Shown in pieces: positions 8,741-17,491 of a DNA stretch of 64,000 bases. The notes under the pieces are model-generated. The model had not been told where the DNA came from and ran no database searches. It saw only the letters and a list, made by a program, of their open reading frames with translations. Source of the DNA: Minisyncoccota bacterium (GTDB lineage: Bacteria > Patescibacteriota > Minisyncoccia > Phycocordibacterales > UBA2100). Position 1 is the first letter of the stretch. Every line of letters starts with the position of its first letter. The DNA lies in the NCBI GenBank assembly GCA_043780835.1, contig JAYWCB010000005.1, forward strand, positions 22,280 to 86,279, written 5' to 3'. A program made the position numbers and the translations under genes.

Positions 8741-10069
8741 TTAATTCTGAAGCATGTTGTGCTTCGTCCAGTATTCGTATCGCCATTTGTACGACATGAT
8801 CGGGAACTTTTTTCCAACAAATGCGAACAAACTGTGTGTATCCATGAACATCGCGTATTTCACATAGGTGCTATCCGTTGAGAGCAGTCGCTCTTCTCCA
8901 AGAGCGCGACCCATATAGATAATGCACACAAGCAAAAACAGAATTCCGGATTGGACTGGGTTCACAATGCCCACGCCATTGAGCACAGGAAAATAGAGGA
9001 ACGCCCACTGGAAACACTTTGATACATAAATCGGATGCCGCGTGAACGCGAACGGTCCTGTGGTAATAATGCCACGCATCGAAATATTGGCTGCGCGTAT
9101 TCCCACGATGGCTTCGCCCCACAGGTGGATGATCGCCATAAATATGATCACGAACGCGACGCAAAAAAGTATCCCGGGATGTGCAATGGTGTGGTACGCC
9201 CAGGCTGGCGTGCCGTGGTAGACCGCTTCGGTTTCTGCCGCCGGCACATAGCGTACCCACCCGCCAAAGAGCGCGCTGTTAATCGGCGGGTAGCACGAGA
9301 GGTTAATCGCCCAGGCAAACCACGTGCGGTCTACCTTTTTTAATTCTGTTCCTATGAGACGTGAGGCAAAAATGTAACCGGGCAAAATTGATGCTACGAT
9401 CAACATAAAGATTGCCAGATCAAGTCGTGTAATAAACACGACAAAATCGCCGGAGATATCGGGAACACCGTTCACGCGCAAGAAATTGATGTACCACGTG
9501 AGCGCATAGAAGTTGATGAGCAGAAAGAAGCAGCGCAAAAGCCACTCGCGAACACCATCAAAGAAGATTTTCCAATCGATCTCCCCAATGTGGAGTCGCG
9601 CAAGGAGTCCGAACTGATAGGTGCCATCCTGTTTATTGCCGAGAATGTATTCGGTCGCAAAAATGAGTATAAGAGAGGCGGGTACGACGAACAATAATAC
9701 GGGTACGACCGCTTCTCGCAGACGATTTAAATTGATGGTGTCGTCGTATGAGGGGAAGAGCCACACGAGAAAGAAAATGAATGAAATACCGAGAAGCACT
9801 CCAATGAATTTCGTCACCGTCGTGTCGATGACATTGTTCAGAGAACGCGTGGGCCGATCAACGATCTTCCATGGAGCCCGTGCCAATTCTGAGCAAAAGA
9901 GGTAGCCGCTCGCGAGCAGTGCCATGACGAGGGTTATCGTCACGTCGGAGGCCGATGTGCGATAGAGAGTCAGAAAAACAGCGACAATGATCGCGACCGA
10001 TACGAGGGGATCGAACCAACTGCCCACGGAGAGTCGGTAGATGTCTGCTTTTGTTACTGATGTGCTCAT
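8741..10069 (-). CDS. Polytopic membrane protein with a C-terminal ICMT/PEMT-family methyltransferase-like domain
   Basis: More than 8 TM helices. The ITTGPFAFTRHPIY and EERLL...Y motifs are typical of isoprenylcysteine carboxyl / phospholipid methyltransferases. Confidence 0.6.
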   Translation of the reverse strand: MSTSVTKADIYRLSVGSWFDPLVSVAIIVAVFLTLYRTSASDVTITLVMALLASGYLFCSELARAPWKIVDRPTRSLNNVIDTTVTKFIGVLLGISFIFFLVWLFPSYDDTINLNRLREAVVPVLLFVVPASLILIFATEYILGNKQDGTYQFGLLARLHIGEIDWKIFFDGVREWLLRCFFLLINFYALTWYINFLRVNGVPDISGDFVVFITRLDLAIFMLIVASILPGYIFASRLIGTELKKVDRTWFAWAINLSCYPPINSALFGGWVRYVPAAETEAVYHGTPAWAYHTIAHPGILFCVAFVIIFMAIIHLWGEAIVGIRAANISMRGIITTGPFAFTRHPIYVSKCFQWAFLYFPVLNGVGIVNPVQSGILFLLVCIIYMGRALGEERLLSTDSTYVKYAMFMDTHSLFAFVGKKFPIMSYKWRYEYWTKHNMLQN

Positions 10070-10233
10070 AGGATTGAGACGGTACTACAACATAGCAGAG
10101 CTATTTATGCAAGTTGTACTGCAAGGCCATTCGGCGTATCGTGCCCGCGGATCCGTGACAGGACCCTCTCATGCGGACTTCATCAAGTCTCACGTAGATT
10201 GCGCGCGGAGACGGTTCCACTCTAATTTATTTA

Positions 10234-12948
10234 TTGATTTTTAATCGTATTGGCGCTATGTCAGCATTCAGTTTCCACAAGAAAGGTTTTGCATTTTCAT
10301 CCTTGCAAACACTCGGCACTGCATTCGTTGCTCTTATTCTTTTTGGGTTCGCGATGATGCTTGTTTTACGCGCGGATCATAGTTTTGCATTACGTATTGG
10401 AGGCACCGGCGGAGCAGCGGGGCTTTTCTTGGCACATGCTGATGGTGGTGATGGCGGTGGAGGCGGCGACTCAGGCGGCGGCGGTGACTCCGGTGGTGGC
10501 GGCGGCGCTGGTGATGGAGGTGGCGGTGGCGGCGGCGGCGCTGGTGGAGGCGACTCAGGCGGCGGCGGTGACTCAGGCGGCGGCGGCGCAGGCGGTGGCG
10601 ATTCTGGCGGCGGCGGTGACTCCGGCGGAGGCGGCGGAAGTTCCGGTGACGGTGGTGGCAGCTCCGGCGATGGAGGAGGAGGCGGAGGAGGCGGTGGCGA
10701 TGGAGGAGGCGGTGGCTGCACATCAAACTGCACACCACCACCTGTCGCAGTTTCCTGTGCGATCACCGCTAATCCGACGCAGGTGCAATCGGGCGGTTCA
10801 ACCACACTCACGTGGACATCCAGCGGCGCAACATCTGCTGCGCTCTCCGGAATTGGCAGCGTGACGGTAAGCGGGTCACGCACGGTCGCGAACATTACTT
10901 CGAATCGTACGTTCGTACTTACGGTCGCAGGTCCGGGCGGTACAGCAACCTGCCAAACGGCGGTCACTGTTACGGTACCCCCACCTTCGTGCACACTCTC
11001 TGCAAATCCCACAACAATTGAAAACACCGGATTCTCCACGCTCTCGTGGTCATCATCAAACGGTGCGTCCGCTACACTCACCACGATCGGTTCAGTTCCG
11101 CTCACAGGTTCCGCAATAGTTACTCCTGCGGTTACAACCACATATACACTCACGGTCCTCGGGCAAAACGGACAAACAGTCACGTGCCAAACCATTGTTA
11201 CGGTGCGACCAGTACCGAATGCGCCGAGCTGCACACTCTCTGCAAATCCATCGTCCATTCAAAGCGGAGGCTCAACGGTCTTGAATTGGAGTTCTAGTAA
11301 TGCAGTTTCTGCATCGTTCAATCAAGGCATCGGATCGGTTGGAGTATCGGGGAGCCGTACAGAAAGTGCTATCACTTCAAATCGCACCTATGTGCTCACC
11401 GTCACCGGTTCAAACAGACAAACTGCTACATGCGAGGCGCCGGTAACCGTGACCACACCGAGCGCACCGAGCTGCACCATCTATGCAAATCCGACTGATG
11501 TGCAGAGCGGTGGCTCTTCTACACTCACCTGGACTTCAACCAATGGAACTTCAGCAACCATCAATCAGGGAATCGGATCAGTCTCACTGAACGGCTCATA
11601 TACAGTTTCAAACATCACGCAGAATAAAACATTCGTACTCACCGTCACCGGATCAAACGGTCAAACAGTGAATTGCGAAACACGTGTGGTTGTAACCCAA
11701 ATTCCAAATCCACCGGCATGCACGCTCACCGCGAATCCGACGCAGGTGCAATCGGGCGGTTCCACGAGTCTGGTCTGGACTTCCACCAACGCATCGAGCG
11801 CATCGTTCGATAACGGCATCGGCAGCGTGGGTGTAAATGGTTCGTATTCAGTCTCGAACATAACGTCAAATCGAACCTACACACTCACCGTCATGGGTTC
11901 CAACGGTCAGACTGCAACGTGTCAGACATCCATCGTCGTGACACAGATTCCAAGCGCACCGAGCTGCACGCTCAGTGCAAATCCGAACAACGTAAATTAC
12001 GGTGGCTCATCCACGCTCACCTGGTCGTCGAACAATGCGATTTCCGCGATGCTCGATAACGGAATCGGATCGGTCGGAGTAAACGGTTCGTACGTTGTTT
12101 CGAATGTCACATCAAATCGCACCTACTCGTTGACGGTCACCGGCTCGAACGGACAAACGGCAACATGTCAGGCGCCGATTGTGGTGCAACAGCAGAATGT
12201 AACGCCGAGCTGCACGATTTCTGCATCGCCGTATTCGATTACACAAGGTCAGTCAGTAACGCTCTACTGGTCTTCTACAAACGCATCGTCTGCATTCATT
12301 AATCCGAATGTCGGTACGGTGGGAACGGCAGGATCAATGCAGGTATTCCCGCAAGGCAACAGCACGTACACGCTCACGGTAATGGGAACCAACGGTCAGA
12401 CCGTGACGTGCCAAACATCGGTGGTCGTGCAAAACATTGTGAACCAAGTTCCGTACTGCACCATCTATGCAAACCCGACATCCGTGCAGCGTGGCCAGAG
12501 TGCGATGATCACGTGGACCTCGCAGAATGCACAAAGTGCACAACTCTCGAGTGTCGGATCAGTGGGAGTAAACGGATCGATGAATGTGACGCCGTATCAG
12601 CCAACCACGTATACGCTCACGGTGTGGAGCGCAACCGGTCAACAGGCAACATGCAGCGCATCCATCCAAATGAATCAGCCGCCGTACTTCCCGCCACCGA
12701 CGTATTACCCACCACAACCGCCCATCTACTACCCACCACAACCACCAACGATCTATCCTCCGATTCAGTATTACCCTCCGAACATTCCGATTTCGTACAT
12801 CCCGTACACGGGACAGGGAAGTCCGATCGGTAACATCGTGCTCTTCGGTCTCATCGTTGCGGCATCACTCAGCGGCGCCTATCTCTTGCTCTACTCACGC
12901 GGCGGAGCTCGCGAAATGCTCGCGCAAGCTGGACTGCTTCGCGCCTAA
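10234..12948 (+). CDS. Large cell-surface protein: signal peptide, Gly/Asp/Ser-rich region, eight tandem Cys-bracketed beta-sandwich-like domains, Pro/Tyr-rich stalk, and an IPYTG-TM-SRGGA C-terminal sorting signal
   Basis: Repeats of the form CTLSANP..QSGGST.L.W.S.NA.SA...GIGSV...GS..V..ITSNRTY.LTV.G.NGQTATC. The C-terminus reads IPYTGQGSPIGNIVLFGLIVAASLSGAYLLLYSRGGA. The listed start is TTG; the ATG at 10258 is an alternative. Confidence 0.8.
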   Translation: MIFNRIGAMSAFSFHKKGFAFSSLQTLGTAFVALILFGFAMMLVLRADHSFALRIGGTGGAAGLFLAHADGGDGGGGGDSGGGGDSGGGGGAGDGGGGGGGGAGGGDSGGGGDSGGGGAGGGDSGGGGDSGGGGGSSGDGGGSSGDGGGGGGGGGDGGGGGCTSNCTPPPVAVSCAITANPTQVQSGGSTTLTWTSSGATSAALSGIGSVTVSGSRTVANITSNRTFVLTVAGPGGTATCQTAVTVTVPPPSCTLSANPTTIENTGFSTLSWSSSNGASATLTTIGSVPLTGSAIVTPAVTTTYTLTVLGQNGQTVTCQTIVTVRPVPNAPSCTLSANPSSIQSGGSTVLNWSSSNAVSASFNQGIGSVGVSGSRTESAITSNRTYVLTVTGSNRQTATCEAPVTVTTPSAPSCTIYANPTDVQSGGSSTLTWTSTNGTSATINQGIGSVSLNGSYTVSNITQNKTFVLTVTGSNGQTVNCETRVVVTQIPNPPACTLTANPTQVQSGGSTSLVWTSTNASSASFDNGIGSVGVNGSYSVSNITSNRTYTLTVMGSNGQTATCQTSIVVTQIPSAPSCTLSANPNNVNYGGSSTLTWSSNNAISAMLDNGIGSVGVNGSYVVSNVTSNRTYSLTVTGSNGQTATCQAPIVVQQQNVTPSCTISASPYSITQGQSVTLYWSSTNASSAFINPNVGTVGTAGSMQVFPQGNSTYTLTVMGTNGQTVTCQTSVVVQNIVNQVPYCTIYANPTSVQRGQSAMITWTSQNAQSAQLSSVGSVGVNGSMNVTPYQPTTYTLTVWSATGQQATCSASIQMNQPPYFPPPTYYPPQPPIYYPPQPPTIYPPIQYYPPNIPISYIPYTGQGSPIGNIVLFGLIVAASLSGAYLLLYSRGGAREMLAQAGLLRA
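10438..10716 (+). repeat. Tandem degenerate GGNGGNGAYTCN-type DNA repeats encoding a roughly 93-aa Gly/Asp/Ser tract
   Basis: Repeated ggcggcggtgactcaggcggcggc units. The antisense ORF is poly-Pro. Confidence 0.7.
10756..12678 (+). repeat. Eight tandem coding repeats of about 240 nt (80-aa domains)
   Basis: Period of about 240 nt. Units 1 and 5 share an identical 29-nt stretch, aatccgacgcaggtgcaatcgggcggttc, at 10771 and 11744. Confidence 0.7.
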
Positions 12949-12968
12949 GTACCACACTCGTTCAGAGC

Positions 12969-12994
12969 CTGTGCAAGGTGTCACCTTGCACAGA
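12969..12994. repeat. 26-nt perfect palindrome ctgtgcaaggtg-t-caccttgcacag-a, copy 1 (intergenic, 21 nt after the surface-protein stop)
   Basis: Read directly. An identical copy lies at 63284-63309. Confidence 0.85.
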
Positions 12995-13019
12995 CATAAT
13001 CAGGGTCTCTCGAATGGAC

Positions 13020-13048
13020 TTGACAAATGTGTCGTAATGGTCTATAAT
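13020..13048 (+). promoter_or_regulatory. Consensus promoter TTGACA-17-TATAAT for the sortase gene; the ATG is 6 nt downstream (leaderless)
   Basis: ttgacaaatgtgtcgtaatggtctataat, then accgct, then ATG at 13055. Confidence 0.65.
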
Positions 13049-13054
13049 ACCGCT

Positions 13055-13762
13055 ATGAATACGGGTTCCAATCGAGATAATCGCCCACACAAACCACCGT
13101 TTGCCGTTTACTTTTCGGCGACGATTATTTTGTTTGTGCTTTCACTTTCTGTGGCTGATTCTCTCGGTCTCGTACCGGATTACATCGATGGTACGGAATC
13201 TGAGCATGTTGCAGTGCAGACAACAGCGAGCGACAATCTTCCAGTTTCAGATTTGCCTGAGCTTGGTCAAACACAATCGGCGGCTATCGATGAGACACCA
13301 GCTGCATCGCCAGCATCAAAAAACGCAAAACCGATCTCCATCATCATTCCGTCAATCGGCATGAATCTTCCCGTTCAAAACCCGAACACCCGCGATCTCG
13401 GTGTGCTCGATACGTTGTTGCAACACGGCCCAGCACGCTACGTAGATTCGGCTCACCTTGGTGAGCGCGGCAATGTGATTATTTTTGCGCACTCTTCGCA
13501 TCTGCCGGTCGTGCACAATCAAATGTACAAAGCATTCAACCGTGTGCCGGAACTTACGCAGGGCGACACTATTACTGTCGTTGGTGACGACGGACAGAAA
13601 TATCTGTATAGCGTAACCTCTGTTCGCAAAGCGGATGTGTCGGACGCAACCATCGATCTCTCACCGCGTGTCGGCACAAAGCTTACGCTCGTGACGTGCG
13701 ACACGCTTACGGGTAAAACCGCGCGCTTTATTCTTGAAGCCGACTTTATCGGAACTATCTAA
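13055..13762 (+). CDS. Sortase (transpeptidase), membrane-anchored
   Basis: N-terminal TM helix. IFAHS (His), TLVTC (catalytic Cys) and TARF (Arg) align with SrtA AGH / TLITC / R. The start was trimmed to the leaderless ATG. Confidence 0.85.
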   Translation: MNTGSNRDNRPHKPPFAVYFSATIILFVLSLSVADSLGLVPDYIDGTESEHVAVQTTASDNLPVSDLPELGQTQSAAIDETPAASPASKNAKPISIIIPSIGMNLPVQNPNTRDLGVLDTLLQHGPARYVDSAHLGERGNVIIFAHSSHLPVVHNQMYKAFNRVPELTQGDTITVVGDDGQKYLYSVTSVRKADVSDATIDLSPRVGTKLTLVTCDTLTGKTARFILEADFIGTI

Positions 13763-13767
13763 TTCAT

Positions 13768-14412
13768 ATGAAAAATTTCCTTACACCATTTATTGTTTCG
13801 TTTATGCTCGCATTTCCGCAGATCACGCTCGCGATGTCATACGCGATGCCTGCGTATCAGCCGATATATTTCGAAGCGATCTCGCTCACCGGATGTCCGT
13901 ATCCGACGAGTGTGTCTGCTTTTACCGGTGAAAGCGCATTTACCGGGACCTCTGACGTAACGGGTGTGCCGTACACAACGGGCGTATCGTACGATACCGG
14001 AGATTCATATCGCGTCGGCGTCTCAGCTCGTACATCAGAAAGCTATCGCGTGGGCACGTCGTATTCGACAGGCTCATCGTATGCAACCGGTGCGTCTTCC
14101 GGACGTGTCGGATCATCGTATGCAACGGGCGAGAGTTATTCGACGGGGTATTCGCAACCGTCGAGCTATTCGGTACCGACAAGTTACTCAACAGCAACCA
14201 GTCATCCGAAACGATCTTCGTACAATCATACTCAGTATGCTGACTACAATGCACCGCACTTTTACAATGAATCGCCTACAACGGTGACTGACACCACAGG
14301 GTATTACTACGAAACCTATTATCCAGAAACCGCGCAATACGCATCGAATTCGAACTATGCGCCGACAACTCGATACGACGACGTGATGGGCGTGTACTAC
14401 CAGAGTTACTAA
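13768..14412 (+). CDS. Secreted Ser/Tyr/Thr-rich low-complexity protein
   Basis: Signal peptide MKNFLTPFIVSFMLAFPQITLA, then T/S-G-x-SY repeats. It starts 5 nt after the sortase stop. Confidence 0.55.
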   Translation: MKNFLTPFIVSFMLAFPQITLAMSYAMPAYQPIYFEAISLTGCPYPTSVSAFTGESAFTGTSDVTGVPYTTGVSYDTGDSYRVGVSARTSESYRVGTSYSTGSSYATGASSGRVGSSYATGESYSTGYSQPSSYSVPTSYSTATSHPKRSSYNHTQYADYNAPHFYNESPTTVTDTTGYYYETYYPETAQYASNSNYAPTTRYDDVMGVYYQSY

Positions 14413-14435
14413 TCTGATTCAGCTATAGACAAAAA

Positions 14436-14458
14436 GACCGCGATGCGCGGTTTTTTTG
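14436..14458 (+). terminator. Intrinsic terminator accgcg-atg-cgcggt plus T7
   Basis: Hairpin followed by tttttttg. Confidence 0.65.
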
Positions 14459-14493
14459 TTAGTAGCTTCATGATTTCCGCAGTAGGGAATCAT

Positions 14494-14522
14494 TTGACAA
14501 ATCCGTCAAATGTGCTACATTA
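14494..14522 (+). promoter_or_regulatory. Promoter-like TTGACA-17-(T)ACATTA
   Basis: Exact -35 with a weak -10. Confidence 0.35.
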
Positions 14523-14581
14523 ATTTTGGAGCATATCGCACCAGCCTCAAAGAGGTTCACCCAACGAAAAAGGACCAGCAG

Positions 14582-15544
14582 ATGTCCATTCAAGCATTCT
14601 CAAATCTTCTGACTCATCAGCCCCGCGTAACGAACGATGGTGACATTGTCTACTCAGGATTCAAGGCAGAGGACATGTTCCAAGAATACGGTCACAAGCT
14701 GCGCGATTGGCGCGATCGTGACCGGAAAACCAAGGAGCTCATCGGACCGCGGCGTCTCGTCACTGTCCTCGGAACCGAAGACGCCAACACGATCGCGAAG
14801 GGTTTCGAAGCGGTCGAGATAAAAGAGGGCGATGGAGAGTTGAAGATCAAAACTGCGGTGGAAGACAAGTCACGGTGGGCAACCTTCGGTGCGTATGCTG
14901 TTGACGGCGAAGGCAAACCCCTCCTGACGCCTGTGATGAAAGACGAACTATTCTTTTACGCGAAGATCATCACCGGGTTGGTACATACTCCGGTGCGGCA
15001 CGTCGATCCGCGCAGCGGCAAGACGTACACCAAATTGTGGACCGAGGATGATCTGACGGGTCTCATGCGTCGTCGCATGAACGTGTCGGAGCATGGGTTC
15101 CACACACTCGGCGGCGCCGATACGATCCGCAACAACGTCGGCGAGAGCGATCTCTCCGATCAGACGCAGGTGCTGTGGTCGAAGGCTTCGCGGAGCAAGA
15201 TCTTCGATACGAAGATCCCGCAGAGCCGTTGGCAGCTTGTGCGCATCTACCGCCATGGCGGCGAAGGTGCGGTGCAGGACACTGGTGTTCTGGTTCGCTA
15301 CAAAGGCCTCGGCGATACGCTGCAGATTATCGACGCGTCGAACGATCCGGTGGTTCGTGAGGCGTGGCGAATCGCCGAACAGGCTCGCATCGATCAGCAT
15401 CGTGCAAATATCAAGGCACGGGCACTTGCTCGAAAGCTGGCGAAGCAGAAAGGCGAAACGGTCGCAGAGGTCGTGGAAGCGGATGTCGACGAGGTGGTTC
15501 CTACCACCGAGGAGGTGTCCCTCGAAGAGACTGCTGCGGCGTAA
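14582..15544 (+). CDS. Hypothetical protein (320 aa), no signal peptide
   Basis: ORF with an AAGGA SD; no recognisable domain. Confidence 0.5.
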   Translation: MSIQAFSNLLTHQPRVTNDGDIVYSGFKAEDMFQEYGHKLRDWRDRDRKTKELIGPRRLVTVLGTEDANTIAKGFEAVEIKEGDGELKIKTAVEDKSRWATFGAYAVDGEGKPLLTPVMKDELFFYAKIITGLVHTPVRHVDPRSGKTYTKLWTEDDLTGLMRRRMNVSEHGFHTLGGADTIRNNVGESDLSDQTQVLWSKASRSKIFDTKIPQSRWQLVRIYRHGGEGAVQDTGVLVRYKGLGDTLQIIDASNDPVVREAWRIAEQARIDQHRANIKARALARKLAKQKGETVAEVVEADVDEVVPTTEEVSLEETAAA

Positions 15545-15565
15545 ATATAATCGATCGCGTTCTTT

Positions 15566-15603
15566 GAACCCCAGGGTGGCAACACCCCGGGGTTCTTTTT
15601 TTT
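15566..15603 (+). terminator. Intrinsic terminator aaccccagggtg-gcaa-caccccggggtt plus T9
   Basis: Read directly. Confidence 0.65.
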
Positions 15604-15639
15604 CAAGAGCACGCGATGCACGATGGTACAATTTTCATA

Positions 15640-17490
15640 ATGATGGCGAGAAATCCGGAAACCGTACGACGGCAAAAAGAAAAGCCGACACCGATTGCAG
15701 ACGATGTTCGCGCTCGATGGAAAGACACGTGGCTTCGCGAGGGTGAATACATATTGGTGGATGAGCAGATGAACGAACTTGCTCGCGTTCCGTTCAACGA
15801 AACGAATTTGCGTCACTACAATTTAGGGCCTGAGAAAAATATTATCGTCGCCGAACAGAAGATTTTAGAACAAACAAACGAGCAGCGACGGGCGTTAGGA
15901 CTACGTGAGTTCCGAACGTTTGCCCAAATTGGACGTGGTGACACCGTTCGTTCCGTCACACCCACTGAATTGGAACCGGACACAACACTGCCACTGGATC
16001 CCGGCACGCTGTCCGAACCAGATGCGCCGTCGGTTCGCACGCGCCGCGCGCGCGGCATCAATCCCGCATCGCCGAATACATCGGCACAGAATCAGCCGAA
16101 TACGCCGTCGCAAACGCCACCCGCCTCACCGAACGCTGTGCCGAATACACCGCCTCAATCTCCGTCTGCCACACCAAACACTCCACGTCAGACGCCGCCG
16201 CAATCTCCACCGAACGCTCAGAATTCTCCGCCGCCCGTTCCCAACGCTCCGCTGGCAACTCCGACAATCCCGCCTGTTGTCCCCATAGCGCGGCGCGGCG
16301 GCGGCGGATTTACGTCGGGCTCTGGCACAATGAAGCCGATGGGTCTTGAATCTTTCTACAAACGTCGCGATAAAAGCGCCGAGATCGATCGTCAAAAGAC
16401 GATCGTCAATCCGGTAAGCGGCGAAGGTATGGACGCCCCGCCGGAGACGACCGTCGGCGAAATAATGGGGGACGCTGATCAGCAAAAACTGTTCGTAAAT
16501 ACGTTCCTTGCACGCGAGAACGAAAAATTTGCGAAAGAGTTTGCGAAGAAAAACGCAGACGGCAAGTTGCTCACTGCTGCCGAAGACAAGGAGCTCGAGC
16601 GTCTGCGAAAGAAATTCATCAAGGAAATGAGCGAGGTGCAGAGCGTGAAGGAGTACCTCACGCCCGAACACTTCAAGCGCATCGCAGAAGTTGACCCGCG
16701 CATCGCCGAGGTGGTGGGGAAGATAGGTCATGAAAAAGCCGAGGATCTCATGGAAGCGGAGCTCACGGAGCTTATGGTCACTGACCCGGCAAAGTTTCGA
16801 AAAATGCGCAATGCACTGAAGTCGTTCCACGACCTTGATCATTCGCCTCGCGTTGCCCGAGTCGAAGCGGACATCCGCAAATCGCAGGCTAAGATCGGCA
16901 TGTCAGAAGACGAGTTCCTTGCAGCGACGAAGCTCGGATCGCCGACTGCAGTCGAGAAACGCTTCCACGAACTTGCACACGAGCGCCTGCCGCTTCTTGG
17001 ACGCGCGCTCAACTTTGGCGGTTGGATCAACAAGCGCTCAGTACAGGAGCTCTCCAGGCACTACGCCTCGCAAGAGGCGATCATGCAGGATGCCGACAAG
17101 CATATGAAAGCGGTCGGATCTGTCCTGCAGGCAACACTCAATCCTGAGATGAGATTACGTATCCAGAAACTTGCGATGGAGGGTATTCTCGAAGAAAAAG
17201 TACCGGATACGATAAACACCATCGAGGACTATCGCGCGGTCAAACACGAGAATAGTCCCATGGCAATGCAGACCGCATTTGATGAGATAAAAGCCGCTGA
17301 AGCAGCTAAAAACCAGATCACCAACTGGGCCGACCCAACGAACGCCGCACGTCTGGATTCACTCAAAGACTCTTTTGCGAAATCGGCGTATGAGAAACAA
17401 AAGAAGCAGAAAACGTCGGGCCTCTATGCCATCCTGTTAAGGGTGCTATTCGGAAAGTCATCCGACGATATCAAGAATAAGCTCAAGTAG
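15640..17490 (+). CDS. Hypothetical large protein with a Pro/Thr/Ser/Asn-rich low-complexity segment and a helical C-terminal half
   Basis: NTPSQTPPASPNAVPNTPPQSP... then a K/E-rich helical region. No signal peptide. The start at the MMARN methionines follows a CATAAT box. Confidence 0.5.
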   Translation: MMARNPETVRRQKEKPTPIADDVRARWKDTWLREGEYILVDEQMNELARVPFNETNLRHYNLGPEKNIIVAEQKILEQTNEQRRALGLREFRTFAQIGRGDTVRSVTPTELEPDTTLPLDPGTLSEPDAPSVRTRRARGINPASPNTSAQNQPNTPSQTPPASPNAVPNTPPQSPSATPNTPRQTPPQSPPNAQNSPPPVPNAPLATPTIPPVVPIARRGGGGFTSGSGTMKPMGLESFYKRRDKSAEIDRQKTIVNPVSGEGMDAPPETTVGEIMGDADQQKLFVNTFLARENEKFAKEFAKKNADGKLLTAAEDKELERLRKKFIKEMSEVQSVKEYLTPEHFKRIAEVDPRIAEVVGKIGHEKAEDLMEAELTELMVTDPAKFRKMRNALKSFHDLDHSPRVARVEADIRKSQAKIGMSEDEFLAATKLGSPTAVEKRFHELAHERLPLLGRALNFGGWINKRSVQELSRHYASQEAIMQDADKHMKAVGSVLQATLNPEMRLRIQKLAMEGILEEKVPDTINTIEDYRAVKHENSPMAMQTAFDEIKAAEAAKNQITNWADPTNAARLDSLKDSFAKSAYEKQKKQKTSGLYAILLRVLFGKSSDDIKNKLK

Positions 17491-17491
17491 T

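Noticed and set aside
10377-11258. 293-aa minus-strand ORF rich in Pro (PPPPSPPPP...)
   Set aside because: It is the antisense of the Gly/Asp/Ser tandem repeat and the beta-sandwich repeats of the 904-aa surface-protein gene. It is a compositional artifact.
15093-15746. 217-aa Arg-rich plus-strand ORF
   Set aside because: It is an alternative frame inside the 14582-15544 gene and reads across a terminator hairpin. It is an artifact.
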